Source of the DNA: Candidatus Omnitrophota bacterium
GTDB taxonomy: Bacteria; Omnitrophota; Gorgyraeia; Zapsychrales; Zapsychraceae
Length of the DNA: 64,000 bases
Reading direction: 5' to 3'
Assembly (NCBI GenBank): GCA_028280285.1
Contig: JANQMA010000012.1
Span: 24,817-88,816 of the forward strand
A model generated the notes under the pieces. That model saw nothing but the letters and a program-made list of their open reading frames with translations, had not been told where the DNA came from and made no database searches. Shown piece by piece: positions 1 to 8,266 of this stretch. Made by a program: the position numbers and the translations under genes. Numbering within the stretch: the first letter of the stretch is position 1; each line of letters begins with the position of its first letter.

Positions 1-3000
1 ACCTGCTCGCCCAGGATTATTTGCTCAAACAGCTTACCGCGTCACTGATGTATCCGGAAGGTGAGTTGGGGCAAAAATTCTGGGAACGTATTAGGCAAAC
101 AGATGCTGGATCCTTGATGCTAGATGCTAGATCCGAAATCCAGGATCTAGGATCTAGCATCAAGGATCTAACATCTATGTTCAATAAAGTCTGGATTGTT
201 CCGAGCAAGGCGGTTGTCTATGAACGCGATCAGGTGGCGTATGTGGGGGAAGTTGAGTTTAAAGTGATGTTGGAAAATGACTATTTAGCGTATAGCGAAC
301 AGCGGATAGCGGATAGTAGTGTTCAGCAATCAGCTGATAACTCTCTAAACGCTAACCGCTATACGCCAAACGCTGAAATCATCCGCGAAGTGATCATTCC
401 AGCTCTTGAGCAAGAAGTGAATCAGGGCCAACATTTCGCCAAGCTCCGCCAAATACAACACTCGCTCATTCTTGCCACATGGTATAAACAAAAACTGAAA
501 GACTCACTTTTAACGCAAGTCTACGCTGATCAAAACAAAACCAAAGGCATCGATATTGCTAATCCACAAGAGCAAATCCAAGGTATTTATGACCAATACA
601 CCGAAGCCTTCAAGCAGGGTGTTTATGATTATATTAAGGAAGAATACGATCCGGCTACACAGCAAATTATCCCGCGCAAGTATTTTTCTGGAGGAATCGA
701 TGAAGCGGCTTTAAAGGAAACAATTTCCGTGCAAGATCTTGCTGCGATGACCAATAAAGATGACTTTATGCAGGGTGAACCCTATGGAGCTCAAGTGCGG
801 TTAGATTCGGCGGTGTTGTCAAAAGCAAAGAAACAGCATATTTACGACAGACTGGAGTATTTTATTCATGATATAAAAAGTAAACATGCCGTAGTTGAGG
901 TCAGTATACCACGTATAGCTGAAGATATTATTGCTGGTTTTGACGATGAATATCAAGACTTTAGAGACAGTTACGGGAATCTAATAAGTATTAGAGATGG
1001 CATGCACAAAACTATTGAAAAACGGGGAGATGTGAAATTTATATCAGATAGAAGATATACCAACTTAGAAAAAACATACAAAGAACTGCTTGCGAATTTA
1101 GAACTGATTAGAAGCCAGTCATTAAAAAATCTGGTTAATCAAAAGAAGATTCAACTACAATCAAAACAAAATATTATACGCATCAAAAAAATGGTGGATG
1201 AGATATATTTTATATTAGGCTCTGTTTTAAACGATGAACTAATCATTAGATCGTTTATGGCCGAAGATCTTTTCCCTTCCAGCCAGAACATTCTACCGCA
1301 ACAAAGAGAAGGGCTTAAGATTTATAAGAAGATAAAGGGCGATAATTTTGAAGTGCAGGGGGATAAGGTCTATTTGAAAAGGGTTTTGGATAATTTGCTC
1401 AAAAATGCGGCCCAGGCGATCTATGATAATGATAGTAAAGAGAGAAATATTACAATTACAATGCGGAAAATGGGACGGCGTTATTATGAAATACGTATGA
1501 AAGACACGGGGGCAGGAATTGTGAACACAAGGCTTTCTAAAATATTTAACCGCGGAGAGTCTAGTAATGGAGTTGGTCATGGGCTGGGTTTGCCTTTTGT
1601 TGCGGATGTTGTTAAAAAACATAATGGCCAGATTCGTGTGCGCAGTAGTTTAGGCAAGGGTGCGGAATTTATCATCACACTGCCAAGGAAAAAAGAGGAT
1701 ATTGAAAGGAATGGTGCGGATTTTAAAATTACGTATGAATCTATGGACGCGGCGGGTTTATCGGAGGCAGTAGAGGAGGATGTTTCTGATAGCTGGATGT
1801 TGACAGAAGATAGGGAAAGAATGGCAGCTCTTGAAAGAGACTTGGAAAAAAGGACTGGTGATGTCGAAGAGAAAAAAGAAGCTGTTGCACAGTTTAGGCG
1901 ATTTTTAAAAGATGTGCATGAAGGTCAAGCAGTTGTCGATGGAGAGGGGCGCCTTATTGGTCAAAACATGATGGCATTATTACATGAGGATATGACAGAA
2001 ACCCATATGCAGCAATGGGCACTTGCCCACTATAAAGATGATGTTTACGCAAATCGCTTACGGGCGCTTATCATTTTGACATCATTTTTTCATGATGATG
2101 TCCTGGGTAATACATTAACGGCTTTCGGTCAAAGTCTGGTTTTTGTTAATGGGGTTACAGAGCAACAGACTAAAGAATTTAAGCAGTTGTCAAGTAAGGT
2201 TAATAACAGTCTTAGTCAACTAACGTACAATCGATTTTCCACGGTGAATTTAAAGGATGGGTTTCAAAAATTACAGGCGTTGATTGAAGAAGTACACGCA
2301 GTCGACTTACCGCAATTACGTGAAACGTTTGGCGAAGAATTTTTTAACATAAATAAAATTTTTGACGAATACTTTTTAAAAATCGAGAATGTTTTTACAG
2401 AATTTAACGAGCAGCTGTCGCATCTAGATCCGGCGAGTTTGAGCGATGAGGATGTGCAGCGGATTTTAGGGATGGATGATCCTGTGATTAACGGGCTTCA
2501 AAAACATTTGGATAGCCCCGTGCGTAAGGCAACTAATGAAGGGTTGATTGTCCCGAAAGTATGGAGCGGGCTGGATAAACAGATTAATATTGTTCAAGAG
2601 ATTAGAGGCGTCATTGCAGAGGCTATAAAAGATGTTCAAGATCCGTCGGGGGCTGATCTCGATCCACGGAAAGTTATCATTCAGATTCCTTCCAGTTTAG
2701 AGCAGTTGCGCTACGATAACGGAAAAGTTTTTTGGCGGGCAGTAAGAGATATTGATATCGATTTATTTTTACCGTATGGATGGCAAGGAGTAAGTATCAC
2801 AAGAGGTAATAAATCTGTAAGATTGCCTGCATATCTCAAAGAACGGTTAGTAGATTATGAGAATAAGCTTGGGATGTCGGAAGGCAAAAAGCTTGATTTA
2901 AATATCATCGAGTTAACACCGTCGACTTTTTTAGAGTATATTGAGGATGGCAAGTTGAAATTTCATTGGGCTTATTTATTCCTTCCGCAAAATCTATATT

Positions 3001-6000
3001 ACGGTGATGTTGAGCATTTAGAAAATTACATTAAGCAAAGGGTAAAAGATGTCGGTATTAATGATTATTGGAAAGCTGTTTTAAAGGGCTACGCTATGGT
3101 CTACAGCGAGGCTGAAGATTATTTTGAAGAACGTGATTATGATAAGGTGCTTAAACGTTTGCTTATCGCGGCCCATTTTCGTCAGGATAAAGAGGCAATC
3201 AAGGATATACGCAACCGTATGATGCAACGTTATGGAGAAGCTAAGCATGTCCGTTTTTCCAGAGAATTTGTCCGAAAGTACTTGGACCATGCCAAACCGC
3301 CTTATGATATACAATGGACCACAGAACAGGCAGATTCCGCAAATCTAAAAAAAGAAGACGTGGATCAAGTTACATGGAGTGTTTGGCAGGAAATATTAGA
3401 TTTATTTGAACATGGACATTTTAAAGCACAACAATTAGACCGAAACTGGTATGAGGAAAAGTTGAAAAATAAAAAAGTGACTGTAAGTTTATTGAGAAAA
3501 ATCAAACGGGAAATAGATGAAGATATTAATTGGGTGGATGAAAAAAATAGAATTAAAGAAGGTCTGATTAAATATAAAGGAGATATTCATAAAATTAAAA
3601 TGGAGTTTTCTGATGTTTATATGCATAGCACACGAATTGCAAATTTTATTAAACAAAATGAGGAGTTATACGAATTATTTATGAAATATTGGAAGACTGC
3701 GATGTTAGAAGAGAAGAGCGCTTTTCTAAAAGCAATAGAAAAAACTATTCCAAAATATAGGCAATGGGATAAGTACGGGAGGCAGTATTATTTTAATGTA
3801 TCTGAAATTACCGCCAAATTTGAAAGATGGTTTGAAGATTGGGACACCCCGAAAACAAGACCGCTAAAGGATTTGGTAAAAAATGAGATAAAAGAAAGAA
3901 CCAACTGGTTAATAGCTATTCGTTATATAACTAAAACTATTAATGGGGAACAGATTGACTTTCAAGGTGAATACGGGATAGAAGGAACTTCAATAAAGGC
4001 ATTTGCACGTACTTTAATTAAACGAGATAAAGAATTAAGCGATAAGATTAAAGGCAAAATATTATGGTATATAGGACGTAGTGCTAGAGATGCGGCTTCT
4101 TTTTCGGATAAAGATTTGAAAAAATATGATATTAAAGTGTTAAAAGGCGGACAGGATCGTCTGGTAGATGACCCGTGGCCTAACTCTATTTTTTTCCATG
4201 AAGTGATTGTATACATTTATGATACAGAGGGCAGACTTCTTTTGACAAGAAATAATGATGCGACAGAACAGGACGATTTGGAAATTTTTATTAGGATTAA
4301 AGATAATTTACTTGATGACAACAAGTTGTCAGCTGAAGATATTGCAGAGAGGATACTTTACGAAGATTTTCGATTGCAAGCCAATAGGGATTCTTTTGTT
4401 CAATTAGATACTGAGTATCTAAAAGATCCAGTGAATAATAGACGTAATAGGTTTCATAAAAGAACGCAGCTTATTTATCCAGCTGCCTCCGATGAGTTGC
4501 GACGAATGCAAGAATATTATAATAAACGGAAGTTTGATGCGTTGTGGTTAATATCTGTGGATCATCTCGATGATTTTAAAAGGGACCATGGGGATGTTTT
4601 GGGCGGCTCTAAGGACATTTATGAGTCGGTTAAGTCCAAGGTATTCAAACAGATTGATAAAAATGTTTTTGAACCTAAACGTAAACAGCAGGAAGCAGAT
4701 GAATTAGAACAGTATAGACAAAAATTATTTCCTGAGTGGGAGATTCGAGAGTCAATAATTCAGGATATTAAGGCAAAAGTTGCCGTGTCATTAACTCCAG
4801 ATGACACTATAAAAGGAAAAGGGGCAAAAATAAAATCTTGGTTGCTTAATCGAATAAGAGAAGATGCTTCATTGTTGGATATTTTGAATCCTTTTTCGAA
4901 TAAAAATTTGGCAGAAATATGGGAAGTTAGTGAGCAATCAGTTAGAGCTATTATGAGTCAGTTGTTCCTAAGTTATCCATCTAAACGAGATTTAGGGTGG
5001 AAGAGGCATGCTTTTCCTGACCAAGTTTATACATTTGATGATTATGTAAAGAGCAAAGGAGATAATCGACAGTATGATTATTTAATTTCTTATTATGCAG
5101 AGAAATTTGGCGTCGAACCAATGTCTTATGAAGAAGCTAAAGCGGTTTATGAAAAAGCAGATGAAGAACAGAAAGAGGGAAATAAAAAGAGTAAGAAAAC
5201 TTTAGAAGAAATTGATCAGACACATCCGGCAATTAGAGAATACATTGCGCCACGCGTGGCCCGCCAATTGAGGCTAGGATCGGATGTAATCGAGCCCCTT
5301 GTGGATGCTTTGGTTTATGAGACCTATCATGGGGTATATGATCTTGATGAGATCTTCAAATTATTAAATATGGGATCACAGGATAGAAAATTTGTTAGGG
5401 CAAGGTGGTTTACGCAGTTACCAATTAATCCAGACGAAGTAAGAAGTAAGTTTATTAAAGAGGGTATTATTAAAGACGATGAGGCCGCGCTGATTTCACT
5501 TGAGGATTTTAAAGACTTATTACCTGAGTATTTTGTTGAAAATAGTGATAATCCTTATGAGCTTAACCGTAATTTTTATCATACTTACGGTGTAAGAAGT
5601 CTTAGGGGCCAATTTTATCAAGGTGTTTATCAGTTGCGTAAAACGTTAATAAATGAAAAGACGCATAGTTTATCGCGTTATTTAGAACTGAACGCTCCAG
5701 AGCAAAACTTTGAGGATTTTGGTTTTGATGAATCAGATATTTTAAGAATTAAATTAATAGGACGAAAATTAGGTTTATGGACATTTTATTTCGATCAAGA
5801 ATCTCTTGCTATCACTGAATTTAGAATTAGTGAAGACATGTATAATAAGCACATAGTCATGTATGAAGATATGGATCAGTTTATGATGCAGATAGCTAAA
5901 AGCATATTTAATGTTTTTTCTATAGATACAGCCGGAGATGAATTAATTCCTTTTGCGAATTTTGTTTATGAGACAAGCCCTATTGATCAATTGTGGTATG

Positions 6001-6569
6001 CTCTTGAAGAGGATGGGCATATTAGGGATAAATCCAATTGGAAATTTAACTTCGCTGCTTTAATTCTTGCGGTGAGAATAGCCATTAAGCATCGTATTAC
6101 GTCTGTAGAGGCGATTATAGAGTTACAAAAATATTTGGAGACCACTAATGAGGAAGACCTCGATGCAGATACACTTATTACATTAGGAACTTTAGGCTTA
6201 AGTGAGTATGCAAAAAATGTGAAATATGATGAAACAAATAGAAAAGTGTTAAAACAATTTTCTTATGCTGATGCTGCAGCGTTAGAAGAAGCACCTGGAG
6301 GGATTGATTTGACGCCGCAGGCGTGGGATTTGGATACAGTTGGTGCCGAGGGACAGAATTGCGCCGATGATGAGCCTGATTCAGGGTGTATCCGGCTCAA
6401 CTTTCCACCTGAGCAGATTGAGCAGATGAGAAACAGTATTGACGGCTTTGTGCCGGTGATTATCAACTTCCAACCTATCACCAACCTGCCGCTCTTTTTA
6501 GGGCTTAAAGATACCGAAATGCCACAACCAGTTGAAATAAAAGAAGAATTAGCTGTTTTACGGGAATGA
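1..6569 (+). CDS. Giant multidomain protein (C-terminal 2182 aa visible; 5' end lies upstream of the window) with an embedded HATPase_c/GHKL ATPase domain
   Basis: The frame is open from nt 3 to the stop at 6567-6569, so the first in-window TTG at 21 is not the true start. An internal segment has the N-box (DNLLKNAAQA), G1 (KDTGAGI), G2 (GHGLGLPF) and G3 (GKGAEFIITLP) motifs of histidine-kinase-type ATPases. The remainder has no family I can name from sequence. Confidence 0.7.
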   Translation, partial: LLAQDYLLKQLTASLMYPEGELGQKFWERIRQTDAGSLMLDARSEIQDLGSSIKDLTSMFNKVWIVPSKAVVYERDQVAYVGEVEFKVMLENDYLAYSEQRIADSSVQQSADNSLNANRYTPNAEIIREVIIPALEQEVNQGQHFAKLRQIQHSLILATWYKQKLKDSLLTQVYADQNKTKGIDIANPQEQIQGIYDQYTEAFKQGVYDYIKEEYDPATQQIIPRKYFSGGIDEAALKETISVQDLAAMTNKDDFMQGEPYGAQVRLDSAVLSKAKKQHIYDRLEYFIHDIKSKHAVVEVSIPRIAEDIIAGFDDEYQDFRDSYGNLISIRDGMHKTIEKRGDVKFISDRRYTNLEKTYKELLANLELIRSQSLKNLVNQKKIQLQSKQNIIRIKKMVDEIYFILGSVLNDELIIRSFMAEDLFPSSQNILPQQREGLKIYKKIKGDNFEVQGDKVYLKRVLDNLLKNAAQAIYDNDSKERNITITMRKMGRRYYEIRMKDTGAGIVNTRLSKIFNRGESSNGVGHGLGLPFVADVVKKHNGQIRVRSSLGKGAEFIITLPRKKEDIERNGADFKITYESMDAAGLSEAVEEDVSDSWMLTEDRERMAALERDLEKRTGDVEEKKEAVAQFRRFLKDVHEGQAVVDGEGRLIGQNMMALLHEDMTETHMQQWALAHYKDDVYANRLRALIILTSFFHDDVLGNTLTAFGQSLVFVNGVTEQQTKEFKQLSSKVNNSLSQLTYNRFSTVNLKDGFQKLQALIEEVHAVDLPQLRETFGEEFFNINKIFDEYFLKIENVFTEFNEQLSHLDPASLSDEDVQRILGMDDPVINGLQKHLDSPVRKATNEGLIVPKVWSGLDKQINIVQEIRGVIAEAIKDVQDPSGADLDPRKVIIQIPSSLEQLRYDNGKVFWRAVRDIDIDLFLPYGWQGVSITRGNKSVRLPAYLKERLVDYENKLGMSEGKKLDLNIIELTPSTFLEYIEDGKLKFHWAYLFLPQNLYYGDVEHLENYIKQRVKDVGINDYWKAVLKGYAMVYSEAEDYFEERDYDKVLKRLLIAAHFRQDKEAIKDIRNRMMQRYGEAKHVRFSREFVRKYLDHAKPPYDIQWTTEQADSANLKKEDVDQVTWSVWQEILDLFEHGHFKAQQLDRNWYEEKLKNKKVTVSLLRKIKREIDEDINWVDEKNRIKEGLIKYKGDIHKIKMEFSDVYMHSTRIANFIKQNEELYELFMKYWKTAMLEEKSAFLKAIEKTIPKYRQWDKYGRQYYFNVSEITAKFERWFEDWDTPKTRPLKDLVKNEIKERTNWLIAIRYITKTINGEQIDFQGEYGIEGTSIKAFARTLIKRDKELSDKIKGKILWYIGRSARDAASFSDKDLKKYDIKVLKGGQDRLVDDPWPNSIFFHEVIVYIYDTEGRLLLTRNNDATEQDDLEIFIRIKDNLLDDNKLSAEDIAERILYEDFRLQANRDSFVQLDTEYLKDPVNNRRNRFHKRTQLIYPAASDELRRMQEYYNKRKFDALWLISVDHLDDFKRDHGDVLGGSKDIYESVKSKVFKQIDKNVFEPKRKQQEADELEQYRQKLFPEWEIRESIIQDIKAKVAVSLTPDDTIKGKGAKIKSWLLNRIREDASLLDILNPFSNKNLAEIWEVSEQSVRAIMSQLFLSYPSKRDLGWKRHAFPDQVYTFDDYVKSKGDNRQYDYLISYYAEKFGVEPMSYEEAKAVYEKADEEQKEGNKKSKKTLEEIDQTHPAIREYIAPRVARQLRLGSDVIEPLVDALVYETYHGVYDLDEIFKLLNMGSQDRKFVRARWFTQLPINPDEVRSKFIKEGIIKDDEAALISLEDFKDLLPEYFVENSDNPYELNRNFYHTYGVRSLRGQFYQGVYQLRKTLINEKTHSLSRYLELNAPEQNFEDFGFDESDILRIKLIGRKLGLWTFYFDQESLAITEFRISEDMYNKHIVMYEDMDQFMMQIAKSIFNVFSIDTAGDELIPFANFVYETSPIDQLWYALEEDGHIRDKSNWKFNFAALILAVRIAIKHRITSVEAIIELQKYLETTNEEDLDADTLITLGTLGLSEYAKNVKYDETNRKVLKQFSYADAAALEEAPGGIDLTPQAWDLDTVGAEGQNCADDEPDSGCIRLNFPPEQIEQMRNSIDGFVPVIINFQPITNLPLFLGLKDTEMPQPVEIKEELAVLRE
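1340..1690 (+). other. HATPase_c (histidine kinase-like ATPase) domain inside the giant ORF
   Basis: The peptide runs GDKVYLKRVLDNLLKNAAQAI...MKDTGAGI...GVGHGLGLPFVADVVKKHNGQIRVRSSLGKGAEFIITLP. No recognisable H-box/DHp dimerisation segment lies immediately upstream. Confidence 0.6.
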
Positions 6570-6777
6570 TAGCGGTGATTTTAGGTTTAAGGCGTTAGGT
6601 GTTGGGTGTAAGATGAAAACAATATGTTCAACCTAAAACCTAATCCCTACAACCCTTTTTAACTTTTATATGATAAGAAAGCGTTTTCTTAAAACCCTCC
6701 GATCCAACACCTTAGCCTAAGAAAATGTGGCATACTTGTTATATGGGATGCATTGTGTGTCCGAAAGGAGGTGCGCT

Positions 6778-7059
6778 ATGAAACGAGTACTTACACTAAC
6801 AGTAGCGTTGGCCTTTGTTTTTGCATGTGCAGTTCCGGCGTTTGCCTATGATATGGAGCGCCCAGTGAAGAAAATCACTGAAGGAACAGTAGATGTAATC
6901 AAATCACCACTTCACCTTGTTGAAAAGCCAATTGATGGCTTAAAAAACCATGACTATCCTGTCATTGGTTTCATGAAAGGTCTTCTTAAAGGACCATTTC
7001 ATACACTGAAAAAAGCAGGTGGTGGCGTGGTAGATATAGCTACTTTCCCAATTAAGTAG
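6778..7059 (+). CDS. Small secreted hypothetical protein (~93 aa)
   Basis: A strong SD (AAAGGAGG) precedes ATG 6778. The N-terminal signal peptide is MKRVLTLTVALAFVFACAVPAFA. No domain was recognised. The longer ORF-track start at 6727 lacks an RBS. Confidence 0.5.
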   Translation: MKRVLTLTVALAFVFACAVPAFAYDMERPVKKITEGTVDVIKSPLHLVEKPIDGLKNHDYPVIGFMKGLLKGPFHTLKKAGGGVVDIATFPIK

Positions 7060-7105
7060 TTATGTCTTAAACATTTGCGAGTACGTTGATTTGATATAAC
7101 GTACG

Positions 7106-7140
7106 CCCGGGCCGGCTCCCTAGGGAGCCGGTCCTTTTTT
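7106..7140 (+). terminator. Rho-independent terminator
   Basis: A GC-rich hairpin CCGGCTCCC-TAGG-GAGCCGG is followed by TTTTTT, downstream of the small secreted ORF. Confidence 0.7.
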
Positions 7141-7305
7141 GTCCATTTCTTCAGTGTTTACCATAATTAAACTTTGTGCTATGATACCGCCCTGAAATTC
7201 AAGAGCCCTTTGCAAACCTATGGGGTTACGATGGGAAAGTCCCTATTAAACCTCATAGGTTGTGATGGCATTCTAATATATATTACTTAAAAAATAGAGG
7301 GACGT

Positions 7306-7926
7306 ATGATGGACGACAGAGATAGAGTTTTGGACTTTTGGTTCGAAGGCCTGGAAGAAGGCACGGTTGTGACAACCGATAGTGATCTTCATAAATGGTG
7401 GTTCGCCAGAACCGATGAGATGAATAAAAAGATTGCTGATGGGTTTAAAGCTGATCTTAAACATGCCGCTTTCGGGGATTATGACAGCTGGCGCGACCCT
7501 AAGGGGCGCTTGGCCCTTGTGATTATCTGTGATCAGTTTTCGCGGTGCGCAGGCAAAGGCACAGCCCGTGCGTATGACAATGATCTTAAGGCGCTCGAGC
7601 AAGCCTTGTATTGTGTCAAAAAAGGGGAGGACAAAGAATTGTCATTCATTGAAAGAATCTTTCTTTATCTGCCGCTTATGCATTCTGAGACCATGGAAAT
7701 TCAGGAGATTTCGCTTAAGTGTTATCGTGATTTGGTAACCGAGGCCGAAGAAGCAGAGGACATCAATACAGAGTATTTTAAGTATGTGTTAGGTCTTGCT
7801 CAAAATTGTTATACCATCATCAATGAGTTTAAACGTTTTCCGCAACGCAACAAACTACTCAAACGCAAGGCCACATCGACGGAAATAAACTTCGTTCAGA
7901 ATCCAGATAATTTAATTGAAACATAA
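7306..7926 (+). CDS. DUF924 family protein
   Basis: The N-terminal VLDFWF...WF signature and ~200 aa size are typical of DUF924. An AG-rich RBS precedes the start. Confidence 0.55.
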   Translation: MMDDRDRVLDFWFEGLEEGTVVTTDSDLHKWWFARTDEMNKKIADGFKADLKHAAFGDYDSWRDPKGRLALVIICDQFSRCAGKGTARAYDNDLKALEQALYCVKKGEDKELSFIERIFLYLPLMHSETMEIQEISLKCYRDLVTEAEEAEDINTEYFKYVLGLAQNCYTIINEFKRFPQRNKLLKRKATSTEINFVQNPDNLIET

Positions 7927-7941
7927 ACTAAGGGGGGGAAT

Positions 7942-8169
7942 ATGGGAGACGATAAATGCAATTGTGGTAAATTTGGTTTATGGATTATTATTTTACTTTT
8001 GATTAATACTTTTTTTATTGGAAGTATTTGGTGCAAAATGGTTATGCAGTGCAAAACGAGCAAATGTTCTTGGTCTAAAAGCGGTTCAAAAATCTGTCCT
8101 TTAACTGGCAAAAATCTTGATGGCGCTAAGGGCTCGGCCATGGATGCTAAAGGTTCAAAGGCCGAATAA
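7942..8169 (+). CDS. Small Cys-rich membrane protein (75 aa), hypothetical
   Basis: A very strong SD (AAGGGGGGG, 5-nt spacer) precedes the start. There is one predicted TM helix (GLWIIILLLINTFFIGSIW) flanked by Cys clusters (CNC...C...C...C...C). Confidence 0.45.
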   Translation: MGDDKCNCGKFGLWIIILLLINTFFIGSIWCKMVMQCKTSKCSWSKSGSKICPLTGKNLDGAKGSAMDAKGSKAE

Positions 8170-8170
8170 G

Positions 8171-8266
8171 TTTATCGGTCACGGTCACGGTGACGATGCC
8201 CGTATCGTCTACCGTTAACGTCCAACGTTACCGATACGGGCATCGTAATCGAAAAACGTTACCGAG
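8171..8266. repeat. Conserved palindromic leader element, copy A (upstream of ptsP-like gene)
   Basis: A 13-bp perfect stem GATGCCCGTATCG/CGATACGGGCATC encloses nested palindromes (CGTTAACG, AACGTT). It is about 80% identical to the element at 46770-46850. Confidence 0.6.
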
